Source: Paramecium tetraurelia
Lineage: Eukaryota
Length of the DNA: 64,000 bases
Direction of reading: 5' to 3'
NCBI GenBank assembly: GCA_000165425.1
Contig: CT868141.1
Span: 372,001 to 436,000, forward strand
The translations under genes were made by a program, and so were the position numbers. The notes below the pieces were generated by a model. The model made no database searches, had not been told where the DNA came from, and saw only the letters and a list, made by a program, of their open reading frames with translations. Numbering within the stretch: the first letter of the stretch is position 1; every line of letters begins with the position of its first letter. Shown piece by piece: positions 1 to 13,890 of this stretch.

Positions 1-1928
1 TAGGAATAAGAAAATAATAATATTAATAATAACAATAATAATAACAATAATATAAATATTAATAATAATATTAATAATAATAATAATATTATTATAAATA
101 ACAATAGTAACAATAATAATAACAATAATAACATAATAAATAAATTTGAAGAAAAAGAAAAATTTAATATTAATAATATTTAAGGCGATGGATTAAAATC
201 GAGCATTCCTTTAGGAGGCTATGCTGCAGTAGGCTCATATACAAAAAGAATTTCAAATCTAGCCTTAGAATTAAATGCTACTAAATCAAGAAAATCAGTT
301 TATAAAAGGGCTGGTACTAAAACAAATATAACTGATTAAGAGCAGCTCTTAGGAATGGGTACAAGCGGTTAGAAATTGGCAGAAAGTGTAAGAGCTGAGT
401 TGCCTGGTGTTAAAAGAAAGAGAACAAGAATAATTATTGAAAAATAAATGGATTTTATAGATAGGATTGAATCTTTATCAGCTCACAAGACCCCAAAAGA
501 GTTGAAAATCTAATCTCATATGGATGAATTGGAAATAAGAAAACTAATTGATATAGAAGATAGCATTTATTAAAATGAATTTGACTTAAAAAATGTGGAA
601 GAAAAGGTTGAATTATAAAAGTATGGTATTTAAGAGTCTGATTATAAAAGTGATAGTCATGATACATACTTTTCAATATATGATCAATATAAAGATTTTG
701 ATATAAAATAGGTAAAGATTTTTATTGTTTTTATCGTAATATTATTGATAATAAAGAATTTGTTTTATTATTTATTATCAACAGTGAGTGAAAGATTATA
801 GGTGATAATTATTTGTTAATCAGTAATTAGTTTGATACTTTCAATAATAATTTATCATTTAAAGAAGATATTAGCATTGAAATTACTCATAGGATTCTAT
901 TTCCTAATATTTTGCATAATTAATATTTTAATTATCTCTATTCATAATATAGAAATGGAAATATTCTTTTAGATAAGTCAAATAACTGCTGTTTATTTGA
1001 ACTTATTTTATTTATAGATTTACAATCGAATGGATCGAATAAAATTATCAACTGTATACACAATATTAATCTTAATTAATTTATTATATAATGAATATAT
1101 TTTGGATATTATTCTTTTTACAATTTGCATACTAGTTTCAAGTTTATTAATTCAAGAAAAGGAGTTGAAGTTACTAGCTGAAAATTATTAATGCTTTTCA
1201 TAATTTGAATCCAAAAATGCAAAATAAACATAGATTTTATAATATCTATTGCCTTAACACATAATAGGTAGATTCTTTTCAACAGACATCACTACAACAG
1301 ACAACTTCACTGATGTTTTTGAAAATTGTACAATTTTGTTTGCTGATATTGCAGGATTTACAAAATATTCAAGTTCAGTAGAGCCAGAATAAGTAGTTAA
1401 TATGCTGAGAATATTATTTTAATAATTTGATGAAGCCTGCCAAAAATTTCAAGTTTACAAATTATACACAATTGGAGATTGCTATGTGTGTATGGGTATT
1501 ATAGATGCAAATAATAGAGATCCTGTTGGAGAAGTATTTAAATTATAAATTAATAGGCAATCAATGTAGTTCTATTTGGATTAAAAATGATACAGATTAT
1601 CCAATAGATTAATAAAGATCCTTAGTTTTAACACTTAAATATGAGGATTGGAGCACATACAGGGAGAGTTATAGGAGGTGTTGTAGGAACGGATGTTGTT
1701 AGGTATGATATTTATGGAGAAGATGTTACAACAGCCAATAAGATGGAATCAAAGGGACAAGAAGGTAAAATAATGGTAAGCTAAGCAACAAAGGATTTGA
1801 TAGAAAGTGATGATGAATGCATCGGTATTTTCGATTTTGAATTTGCTTAAGATGTTTATTTGACTTAAAATAATACTACAATATCTACTTATTTTGTAAA
1901 CTTTGATTAAAATGGCGATGATTAATGA
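1..1928 (+). CDS. Ciliate-type membrane guanylyl cyclase, 3' part (linker, second TM cluster, C2 class III cyclase domain); 5'-truncated by the window
   Basis: Frame 1 is open from 1 to 1533 with TAA/TAG=Gln. An Asn-rich linker and hydrophobic helices precede CTILFADIAGFTKYSS, VYKLYTIGDCY, MRIGAHTGRVIGGVVG and RYDIYGEDVTTANKMES. 23-nt intron at 1534-1556; TGA at 1926-1928. KLYTIGDCY/YDIYG match the C2 domain of alveolate guanylyl cyclases. Confidence 0.85.
13..180 (+). repeat. Imperfect (AAT/AAC)n tract encoding poly-Asn
   Basis: Runs of aataataac/aataatatt in frame with the cyclase ORF. Confidence 0.85.
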
Positions 1929-1974
1929 ATCATTATTATATTTTAAATTAAACTAATCTTTATTATACATGATT

Positions 1975-2984
1975 TCATTTATTTTTCTTAATCTTCTTAA
2001 CATCACTCGGGAGGATAGACTCATACAAATCATTGACTTTTTTGAGTTTATCTAATTGATTTTATTAGTTATTCCATCCAAAGTTGATTCTATCTGGTTC
2101 TTCATAAGTTCCCATAATTCTATCCCAAACTGATGTGAATTTACCAATATTTTTCATCCCACCTGGACCAGGTTCATGATGAATTGTATGGTGAGTACTA
2201 TATAATAAAAATTTGAATGGTAAAGCTGGGACATTATCATGATATTCACATAGCCTTGATTTTAATAATATTATATTTACCCATGAGGTCGTACATAAAC
2301 CGAAGAAAAGGAACAAATTCATGTGAATTGGGAAGATAAAACATGAGGTGAACATGGGAACTGCTTAAGCAAATGCATCTAATGGATGAAAAGCGAATCC
2401 GCTGAATGGTGTGATATCTTTTGAAAAATGATGGATTCTGTGTAATTTAATATATAAATAAGGATATGTATGAAGCCATCTATGGACCCAATATCTAATT
2501 ATTATGATAATTTAATACGTCAATGTTTCATCATACATAATATGTAAAATTATACTTATAGGAATATACCAATATCCATAATCACTAATATTATAATACA
2601 TTAAGCTGAATCTTGGTTAAGCAACTCTTATTATAGAGACCAGGAAGGTCTCAAAAAACATGTTAATCAACGACCATTTGATGTCATAGAAGATATAGAA
2701 TTTGGCATTTAATTTTGGCAAATACAGTAGCTTATTCTTCTTGAAAAAGTAATAATAAGATGAGCATGATAGAGTGAAGTATAAGGCTAATGCAAATAAA
2801 AATGTTTAGCACACTGTTGAGAGGTATTCACCAACAATTCCATCCATTCCAAATCTAATAAAATTGCCGGCATAAGATGGATGATTGACATACTCTTCCA
2901 TATTTTTGCTACGATCTACCTTTATGAATCCCAATAACTCAGCTTATATAATTTAATTATACACATACCTAAATACCAAATCAT
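1975..2984 (-). CDS. Sterol C5(6)-desaturase-like protein (fatty acid hydroxylase/sterol desaturase family)
   Basis: His boxes YWVHRWLH, LHRIHH and HHTIHH plus TPFSGFAFHPLDA and NIGKFTSVWDRIMGTY; two short introns; TGA at 1975-1977. Confidence 0.88.
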
Positions 2985-3156
2985 CTTTTAATATTGATTT
3001 TTAATTTATATTGTTTAATTATTTGTATGAAAGTAGTATTAATATGTCTGTTGATTAATTAGCAAAATTTAACTTTTTATATTAATAATTTCAGTTTTAT
3101 TAAGTAGTTATCCATAATAAATACATTCGTTATTTTAGAAAAAACAATAAAAATAA

Positions 3157-4289
3157 ATGCCAATAATTATACTTCTTTTATCCTTACTTTAATTATCTTA
3201 ATAGATTTCATTCATAGGATAGACTGCTACAGGTAATAGAAAATTGAATTAATTTAGAACGATATTTTCCGAAAATCATGAATTGGATAAAGAAATAGGA
3301 CTAAAGAATTGATCAAAGAATTGCTTTTGAGTCTATATAGTTGATGTTTAAATTTGTGGAAGAAGAACTTGCTTATGATACAGAAAACAACGAATTCCTG
3401 GAATTATTTTAGCAATAAGTAATCCTCATCTTGCTATTTTTTAGATCTATAATCTTAGTCAATCTAAAGCAGATTCTGAATTTCAAAGTTAATAAGCTAT
3501 GATTAAATTTTTGAATGAGGATCTTAGAAATGAAGTCTCTTTCTTCAAAAATATGATTAAGGACAAGGAAAAGATGTTGGAATAAGATATTAAGGAAATT
3601 GAAAAATTAAAAAAATAATCAAAAGACAAGAGTAAAATAGAACAAAAGCTCAAAGATATCAGTTATCTTATAAAAGAGATAGACAGAAACTTAGAAATTG
3701 GAACTGCTGAAAAATTATATGGATTATTAGAAGTCATAGAATCAAAGGCAGTTATTGGATTATTTCAATATTAGAATGAATACTAAGAAATTTAATAGTA
3801 TTTAAGGAATGTAGATTTACTCTTCAAATCAAGAAATTTCTAATAAGATAAAGTAAATTTATGATAATTTATTTTAGTTTGAAATTGTCAATTTAATATC
3901 TATGGTGAAAAATGTCCTTTTAGACTTACACTTAAACATCATAATTAAATTATAAGAGGAATAATTGGATGAATATGAAGCCATGTCTTTTTTTGAAAAT
4001 AGTAAAGTCACTCATCAGATAGCAAGAGATTACTTTTAGAATGAATTGCACTCGTTTTTAGGTACATTTTATTATAGATTCAATAGAAACCTTGATAACG
4101 AAATGGGAAAATCTTTTGTTGATTTAAGAAAATACAACAGATAATTCAGATATCTTTAAAAATCTGATTTAGTAATTTAATAAATAAAATACTAAAATGA
4201 TTGAAACAAACAATCACAGTACATAATTAGTTAATTTCTCAATTAAACATCTAGAATAAGACTTTTTACAATAAATAAACAGACAATGA
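3157..4289 (+). CDS. Hypothetical secreted coiled-coil protein
   Basis: Starts MPIIILLLSLLQLSQQ (signal-peptide like); open under the ciliate code with several ~25-nt introns; K/E-rich body. Confidence 0.55.
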
Positions 4290-4379
4290 ATAAATTCAAA
4301 TGTGATTTAGAGTTATATATATATAATAATAATGATTTAAAATAATAAAAATTCCATGTACATAACCCATATATCGTTA

Positions 4380-5218
4380 TCAATAAATTTTAAAAATTAC
4401 GAAGACCAATAGGAATCCTGCAAAAATAAACCAAACAGAATTTTTCTTAAACCAAATAGACCATTCCAATTCTGCAGCTTTGTCCTTGAACTGAAATAAT
4501 ATTAGGGGAAAATCTTACTAATTTAGAGTCTTCCTTCAAAGATTTGGCCTTCTCGTTCATGTCTAAATATAAATGATATGATATAACCTTGCAATTTCTC
4601 ATCTCTATCAAAGAGCAATTTGACGTTTTCATTCATTATTTTTTTGAGGTCTGTCATTTCAGTTTTCAATCTTTCCAGATTCTTGGATGATGATTAATCT
4701 TAGAATTCTTATTTCTTCTTTTTTATAAACCTTTCTTTATATAATAAAAAATAATCAAATACCAAATTATTAAAAACAATATGAATCGTTGCTTTCAATA
4801 GTCTCTAATTTAGATCTATAATTAACATTAGAGGTCCCATATCTGATTTGTAATTCCTATTAAAGAAAAGTGAATTACATCTTAGAACCCTTTTTCAATT
4901 TCATCAAGATAGCAGCAAGCCAGATTAAAACTAGGATCATAAAAGACAATATAACAAACTCCATTGGAAGTCTTATAAACCGCTATAATTATAAATGTAT
5001 CAGTACCCTTTACATTGCTTTATTGGGAATCCAATTATCGAAACTATACATCCATTGATAAACTGCCACGTTTCAATACTAATTTTATCTATCTTTTCAA
5101 TTCCAAGCTTAATTAGACTTTTTCATTTGATTGTACTTCGCAAAGCAATAACCCATCATTTGCTCTAGCTTAATTAAGGATTGTATATTGACATACCTAT
5201 TATTGTATCAAAAATCAT
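4380..5218 (-). CDS. SEC22: Sec22-like longin R-SNARE
   Basis: N-terminus MIFDTIIARANDGLLLCE after removing a 28-nt intron, longin segment GVCYIVFYDPSFNLACCYLDEIEKGF, SNARE coil MNENVKLLFDRDEKL and C-terminal TM VWFIFAGFLLVFVIFKIY followed by TGA. Confidence 0.8.
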
Positions 5219-5410
5219 AATATTTTTATTAATTAATTCAAAGAATGGTTATAAAATATATTGAAATACATACAGTCAAAGATGTTTAATGAGTGATTAC
5301 ATTCAAATATATTTCTATGAAATATTACTTAAAATATAATAAAATCTATATTTTCACTGCATAAGTCACTCAAATTTTAGTAATATAAATAGCCTATTTT
5401 AACTAATAAA

Positions 5411-6848
5411 ATGAGTAAGCAATAATATATAATTAACAAATGTATGATAGCAAATCGGAAAAGCATGCCTCTAAAATGGTAAATTATATAAAAATACTCT
5501 TCAGAATATTGACCATATAAAAGATGAAAATATATTCTGTTTGATTTGTGATGAATAGGATTATACAGAACAAAACTAAATAGTATTTTGTGATGGATGC
5601 GATGTTACAGTTCATTAGGAGTGTTATCATGTTGTAAATTTGGGAGCAAAATGGTATTGCTAGAAATGTTTGGCATTGAACGACAACAAAGATCAACAGA
5701 TAAATTGCTAATTTTGTCCAGAATAGTTCTAAATTACAGAATAAGTATAGTTGAATGGACAATAGCAATGGGTATCAATAGATAGTTATAAATTAAGGCT
5801 CATTCAATTTGTTTGAGATGGAACCCATTTTTAGTGTAAAATCCAAAAAGTCATAATTTATACTCATGTGAAACAGACCTTCAAACAGGTTTGAAATGCC
5901 GTTATTGTCAAAAGACTGATGGTTTTCAATTAGAATGTTACTATCAAGGATGTTAAGAGGCATTTCACATAGGGTGTTTGAAGGTTAATGGAGGAATAAT
6001 GAATAAGAAGGCGATGGATTGTCTATACACATACATGAAACCGTATTTGAGAATACAAGATAAGAAATTATTGTTTTGTGTGGAACATGTTGAGGAATTA
6101 ATGGATAAGTTGAAGAAGGATGAAAAAAGTCAAATAGAATAGAGTATTATTGCATAATATTCATTTTAGAGTTTGTAAAATTGAGGAATGAAAGACTGCA
6201 ATCTTATTACATCTATAATAGGAATAATAAATAGATAGATGAGGATAAGAATGAGACTAAGGCAGCAAGGAAATAAAAAAATTACGAAGATGAGCTTTTT
6301 GATGAGGTTGTCCAATTGAAATAGTTGAAATAAGCTAAAATACCAATAAAGGATAAAAAAGTGAAAATGCAATTCAAGGAGTACATGACAAGGAAACTAA
6401 ATGATCAATTGCATAAATTAAGGGATGATTTTATGAAGAAAAATCATAATGATCTAAATGCTGACGAGGATACTTATATTTAAATAGATACTCAATTAAG
6501 CAAGAAACTATTCGATAAGTTGGTGGACATCAACAACTTAGAGGAATTTGATAAATATTTAGTGAGTTATTTCATTTTTAACAATATGATTCGGAAACCA
6601 AATAATCCTGAGATTTATATTCGAGATGTATTTATGATTTAATTAATGTATAGGACAATAACAATTGCTAATATTGGAAAAAGGTGTTGGATGAATTGGG
6701 GATTAAAAACGGGGAATAATTCTCAAGGTTTTTGAATGTTCTCAGATTGAAGAAGATGAATATTGTGAGTAGGAATAATGAGAAATTGCAATATGAATAG
6801 GATTTACAATAGCAATTCGAGATCTAAAATAATGAGTTGATTGAATGA
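5411..6848 (+). CDS. PHD-zinc knuckle-PHD (PZP) domain protein, BRPF/JADE/AF10-like module
   Basis: [36 protein letters not shown], then CQFCP..WAHSIC, then CRYCQKTDGFQLECYYQGCQEAFHIGC. Confidence 0.85.
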
Positions 6849-6885
6849 TTAATATTTAAAAATAAAAATATCATTTTTAAAATAA

Positions 6886-7218
6886 ATGGGCAGAACAGGA
6901 ATTGCAGTTGGTTTGAATAGAGGATTCATAACATCCTCTTTAACAAAGAAGCAATTGAGAAGAAGACCATCATAAAGAAAAGGAACATTAGGTAAGAGAG
7001 TGCTTTCCGTCAGAAAAGTCATCTAAGAAGTAGCAGGATTGAGCCCATATGAAAAGAGAATTATTGAATTGTTCAAAACCAATCAACCCAAAGATTTAAA
7101 GAAGGCAGGAAAATTGGCAGCTAAGAGATTGGGTACAAATAGAAGAGGAAAAAGAAAGATTGAACTTGTCTAAAATCTTTACAGAGCCATGAGAAAGTAA
7201 TAATAAGCCAAACATTGA
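6886..7218 (+). CDS. RPL36: 60S ribosomal protein L36 (eL36)
   Basis: [48 protein letters not shown]; 110 aa, intronless, TGA at 7216-7218. Confidence 0.96.
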
Positions 7219-7245
7219 TATATTACATACATTATACCAATATCA

Positions 7246-7859
<614 letters not shown>

Positions 7860-7883
7860 TTAAATAAATAAAATATTAAAATA

Positions 7884-8679
7884 ATGTAAATAAATGGCCG
7901 TTTGTAATTCGACTTAAAACTAGATGATAAAGATTATAAAATAAGTGGCAACATTTTCTTGAAAGACAACCTATCTACTGATGTTGAGAAAGAAGCAGAA
8001 ACAATTGCCAATCGAATCGTCGAAAAAGTCCGATAAAAATCATTAAACAAATCAATCAATAAATCTGTGTAAAACAAATACGAATCATAATCAGCCACCA
8101 AATTTAGTCAAACTGAACATTTCAAATCAGTTGAACAATGCAATTCTCGATAAGAAACTCTAAAAAATGACTATAAATAACCATATGTTTCAGAATATCA
8201 GAGTGAGCATAGATCCTCTTTGAACTTCAATAATGAAAATCAATAATTAGATATTTGTGAATTAATTACACCTTAAAAACATAAAATACGTCACACTAAA
8301 TCTCAACAATGCATTAAAAAAGATTAACCAATTAATAAATAGTCTACTATCTAATTAGCAGAAAGCTAAATTATTATCGAAAACAATAGCAACAGCAAAA
8401 CTAAAAATGGAAAACATATTATTTAATTGATGTATTCTTTTATACTATGATTTTAGAGATAATGCTCATAATCTGATCAGAAAGAACTCTTAAATTTTAA
8501 ATAAAGTTTAACTCTAGTCTCCTCTTAAATCATCTATTAATACCAAATCATCTCTAAGTATCAAATCTTCAATCAATGCATCATCTAATAAAAAGAAAGA
8601 AGATATTGTTACTCAACTATTAGGAAGTTTAAGAAATGCAAAAAAAATTAAAGATGAATACTAAAAAAGATTCTTTTGA
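7884..8679 (+). CDS. Hypothetical protein (S/K/Q-rich)
   Basis: MQINGRLQFDLKLDDKDYK.. is open under the ciliate code; one intron near 8432-8457; TGA at 8677-8679. Confidence 0.55.
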
Positions 8680-9505
8680 TTACTTATATTTATTATCCAT
8701 AAAGTAATATATTTTCTAAGCAAATTTATTTTAGTATGTTTAAACTAATATATCGAAATTCAAAATTAATATTTTTATATAATATATATACAATTCAGGT
8801 TGTAAAAATCTATATTTGTGGTAACCATATTTTCTATTTGCTTAATGTTATGAAAAATATCAAATAATAATTAATAAAGTATTTTATTTGAAAATAAATT
8901 TTTTAATTGTAAAATCCTACACCTTATAATGAGTTTTTATCAAAATTCAACTTTTAAATAAAAGATAATCTATATAACTAATATATTTGATCCATTTCAA
9001 ATTTAGAGAATATGATTTTGCTAATTAAAAGCTTTATTATAATAAATTGTATAATTCTTAAATGAATTATTCCTATATTAATTATTTTAGATTGCATATA
9101 TTAATTATTTTTTTCAAATAAAGATTAATCTATTATATATAATATTCTCTATAATAATAATAGAGGTCATTTTAAAATTATATCATAAATTATTATATTT
9201 TTCAAGAGATATAAGATTTCTAATTATTTTTATTTGTCATTAATAATTATATTTAATGTCATAATAAAAATAAACAGTTTTTAATTATAATAATGAAGAA
9301 ATGTAACACATTAGTTATATAGTTAGTGGTGGATGTTTAATGTTGATGTATGATTCAGATGACGAAGTTGATAAATTTAATTAAAGTCTTCAGGAGAGCC
9401 AGATCCAATTATAAAAAACAACTACCAAAATGCAGCAAATTTAACTATAGAATAATCACAATATAAAAAAATGATAATATATTAAAAATTCAATCTATAT
9501 AAATA

Positions 9506-9905
9506 ATGTATCAAAGAACCATTTTGGAAGACAATGAAAATATTTAAGAAGATTGTAAACCCAAGAGATATGCAGCCAGTCTGGAAGGGTAGAATTTTAA
9601 GAAAAAGCAAACTAATAAAGCCAGTTTTCAAGAGTGGGCTGGATTAATTGGCATCATCGTTGTCACATATCTCTTAATTATATTTGTGTGGGCCTTATGT
9701 ATTTAATGTGTAATTATGCAAATTAGGTTTCATAGGTATTGATAAGAATTTTAAAGTCACTGTTGGCATCTTTATGGTCTTATTTGTATTATTTGTGATT
9801 GGAATTTTGATATATTGGTATTATGGTTTGAAAAGTCGAGAAGAATTAATTCGATCAATGATGTTAAGTAAATGGTAGGATAGTTCTTATGAAATTAATA
9901 ATTGA
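9506..9905 (+). CDS. Hypothetical small membrane protein
   Basis: Hydrophobic stretch VTVGIFMVLFVLFVIGILIYWYYG near the C-terminus; probable short intron(s). Confidence 0.4.
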
Positions 9906-10758
9906 TTTAATTACGATTCAATAATCGTCATGATGTATATATACTATTATGTGGTTTATTAAATTATTTTAAAATGTTTCATTATGAAATTATTTGCACA
10001 CAGGTCTAGTTAAAATCATCTCACAGTCTCACACTTAGGGATTGAAATTCTAAAACAATTCGTTAATTTTTAACTTAACAAAAATGTGAATCATTGCAAT
10101 TTATTAAGAATAATTTTTATTGCAAAAACTCAAATCATTCATAATTGGCTATGTAAAAGTAATTAGATATACCTGTCCTTCTTATCTATTGACTTTATTT
10201 ATAAAATTATTTAAGATAATGCATACTCTATTTGGTTAGGTCTTACAATTTTTAGAAAAATTAGAATATAAAATAAAAATTAAATTGTCAAGTAATTTGT
10301 GAATAAATTTTTCAATGTTAAATTAAGAATTAATATTCATATATTATTCCTATGATAAACTACATTCTTTAGATATATTAATTCAGAATCTATACATGAA
10401 TTTATAAATCTAAGTATTGCAATTGTCAAGTATAATAGAAAAAATCAATACGATTATTTAGATTTTTTACAAAATTATTAATTCATGAAAACAAATTATC
10501 ATACAATATAATAATTAGTAATATTTTATTTGTTATAAATAGAAAGTCAATATAAGATTCAATAATTTTATTAGATAATAATGTTAAGTTGATTTTGATG
10601 AAATTTATTTTAATCAATGACATCAACAATGATCTAGTTATTTAATTAATGAGTCAACTCCAGATGTTTAGTTATGATCATAGGTTTATTTGTTTATTGT
10701 ATTATTACAAGAAGTATAGTTTGTTTGATAGAATTGATATTATATTTTTATTTAAAGT

Positions 10759-12482
10759 ATGAGCGCAAAGGTTGTTGAAAATTATTCCCTTCTTGAAGTC
10801 ATTGGTTCAGGTCAATACGGTAAGGTGTATAAGGCAGTGAACATAAAAAATAATAGTTTAGTCGCAGTGAAAGTGGTCAAGATAGAAAAATTTAAAGAGG
10901 TGCCAAAATTGGAGGAATTCACAATGAATGAAATCCAAACCTTGGCCAGAATTAACAATCCATATGTTGTCAAATTTATAGAAATGCTTAAGAGTTCTCG
11001 AAATTACTATTTTGTTTACGAGTACTGTAACGGTTAAACTCTTGAGGCTGTGATTTAAGAGCAAGGGTATAAATATATATATAATAAGGGTTCAAACTGA
11101 AAAGGAGGCTCTCTATTACTTCAGATAATTGGTTTAAGCATTCCAATCCTTAATTTAAGACAACATTATGCACAGAGATTTGAAACCAAGCAACATTATG
11201 CTACATAATGGACAGGTTAAGTTGGGAGATTTTGGGTTTTGCAAAGCCTTGAATTCTCCTCAAGATTTATCTTCAACTATGGTGGGCTCTCCAATCTATA
11301 TGGCTCCAGAAATATTGAAGGGACAGGAATATTCAATCAAGGCTGATATTTGGTCTTTGGGGTGTGTTTTGTATGAATTATTATATGGAATTTGTCCATT
11401 TGAGGAGAAAACTATGGCCTAATTAATGTTGGCTGTTGAGGAGAGGGAAATTCAATTCTTAGATAATGTTAACGTAGTATCATCAACAACTAAAGATTTG
11501 TTATAAAAGATGCTCACAAAAGATCCCACCAAAAGAATTAATTGGAAAGAATTGTTTGAGAGGGAACTGACTTATGCAGAGAGTATACATTGATTAATGA
11601 TTTAGGAACTAAAAATAACGAATAACATGCCAATTAGATACAATAGGAGTTAACCTTGAATTCACAAAGGAATAAGGAATCAAAGGCTTTTAAGTACTTA
11701 TTGATGGAGAGAAACAAAATATTTTATCTGTACAAAGTTGTCGAGGAAGTCTTAGAGTTAAGCAAAGAAGAAGTATATAAAATTAATAATTATTAATTTT
11801 TTTTAGAGAGAAGAAAGTCGAGAATCTTAGAGTGTATATTGTGGTTACATGATTATGAAATATATCTGTTATTTGATAGAGATGATCAGAATGAACTTGG
11901 TTGATAAATTCAATGTTTCAGCTTTTCCTCATCTTGTTAAGAAATAGGAATTGTAAAATGATATTACAAAGACCTTTGAGTATAAAAGCTTTTGCACTCT
12001 CATCTAGAAGGAAGTAGAAACAGCTAGAAAGATGTTTAAACATTTTTAAGATGAAGCAGACAAATTTTATAAGTCATAAAATAATGGATAACACATTTAT
12101 TAGGGAACTGAGTTTGCTCATTTCGAAACTGAACTTTAAAGGGAATTGTCATCATCTGAAATCTCAATTACATTTATGAAAAAAATTGTATTAAAATATT
12201 GTGAAGATTTAAAAAGTCAGTATTTACAACAGTTTTTAGATAAGAATCCTCAATTGGGTAGCAAGTAATCTTTTACATTATGGTTATAGGTAGTTGTTGC
12301 ATATTGAAAAAACTTTAGAATCTTTAATTTTAGATGAATTTTTTGAAAATTGCATGGACATCCAACAGATCGATTTGGAACAACAAAATTATTTTTCAAT
12401 CCTTAATAAATATTCAAAAGCAGATTTATTACAAGTAATCACCAACAAGATGGACTACATTAGACATAAATTATATAAATGA
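10759..12482 (+). CDS. Ser/Thr protein kinase, ULK/Atg1-like, with helical C-terminal extension
   Basis: GSGQYGKV, VAVK, HRDLKPSN, DFG, GSPIYMAPE and DIWSLG are all intact; four short introns; TGA at 12480-12482. Confidence 0.92.
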
Positions 12483-12634
12483 AAAGGAGCTTGTATCTTA
12501 ATAATAAAATTTATTTATTTCGCTATATTATATAAAACAAATAAGGCCAATAAGTATATATATCTGTGATCTCTTTTAAATGAATCAATAAATCTGTTAA
12601 TTTATTTAAATTCATTTACACTCTAAATGAGACA

Positions 12635-13017
12635 TCATTCGCCTAATGAAGGAGATTCTATCAATTTAAAGTAGATCGATATTTAGATAGCTAATAACAT
12701 ATTATAGGAACTAAATATTATATAAAGATTGAGATAAATAAAATGAGTAATCAAAGCTACGATGTTTAAAGAATAGGACAGTCTATAATTTTACTAGGTT
12801 GTTTTCTTGTAAAGAATTTATTTCTTTTTAAGTTAAAATCTTCTTTAGGAGTTGTGAAGTTAGTTGATCTGTACTCATCCTATTTCTTTCTAGGATCAGT
12901 GCAGAATTTTAATTCGATTTTCCTCAGATAATCTAGAATGCCTTGAATTTTTGGATTGGGCTTATGATAAATTTCTAATTCTAAAGAGTCTAAACTTGAA
13001 TTTAATTCTTCTGACAT
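12635..13017 (-). CDS. Hypothetical small protein (3' end approximate)
   Basis: MSEELNSSLDSLELEIYHKPNPKIQGILDYLRKIELKF.. is open under the ciliate code. Confidence 0.4.
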
Positions 13018-13405
13018 ATTATTAAAAATATTAATTTTCGATATTTCACTTAATTTCAATTGACAAAAATTAGAATATAATACAATATTAAATTTTTGTA
13101 TTAATCATAAACTGAATTCCCAAGATTTAAATAAAATGCACCCATAAATCATTAGACATAAACAACTTTGACCTTTTTTGAAATTTACTATATTTTTTTA
13201 TGCATTTCGCAATTGTAATTTTGCCAACTTTTCAAATCTAAAACAAAATGAATCTTCATAATTGCATTTGTATTTACATACTAGAAATTTGAAATTCTTT
13301 TTAATTCAAAATTAGCATAAAACACGATAAAATTTGAATTGTTTTGGCTGATTTAATTATTTATGATTTATAAAATATAAAATTAATATTATAATTAAAA
13401 TTATT

Positions 13406-13774
13406 ATGTCAGAGAAATTGCCAAAGTTGAGCCAGAAAAAAGCTAGGTCTTAATCATTATATGAGAATCAAGTTGCCACTAAAAAACTAAAGGAATCATT
13501 GTACAATTTATAAACAAGTCGTTATGGTTAGAAGCCTTAAAAAAACCCTGTTATAGAATCGATTGTTAGGGAAGCTGACTTAGTTCTGACAAATTAACAT
13601 CTAAAGGAGAACTTATTTAAGCTAAAGGATCTAGGGTTGTTAAGGAATTGTTAGCCCAGAATACAGACCTAATCGGGGTTGAAGAAGAAAGATTTTATAT
13701 TAAATGATTATCATAATAAAAGCACAATAAATGGATATTCGAGGAATTATGGCGGATTGTTTTATAATAGATGA
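13406..13774 (+). CDS. Small basic protein with a CFAP276/C1orf194-like C-terminal motif
   Basis: 122-aa intronless ORF ending NDYHNKSTINGYSRNYGGLFYNR then TGA. Confidence 0.6.
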
Positions 13775-13890
13775 TTGCAATTTACTAAATATTTTATGTC
13801 TGTTATTTTAAAATTATATGTGTTTCTTCCATGTCATTCTATTTACGTATTCAAAATTTAATAATTTGCAAAATTACAATATATATATAA

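Noticed and set aside
8680..10758. Retained IES or transposon-derived germline DNA in AT-rich gaps
   Set aside because: I saw no coding sequence interrupted by a TA-bounded insert, no terminal inverted repeats and no transposase fragments. An intergenic IES cannot be excluded without comparing germline and somatic assemblies.
11356..11366. Telomere-like TTTGGGG sequence
   Set aside because: Single copy lying inside kinase codons (SLGC); no tandem G3-4T2-3 array was seen in the window.
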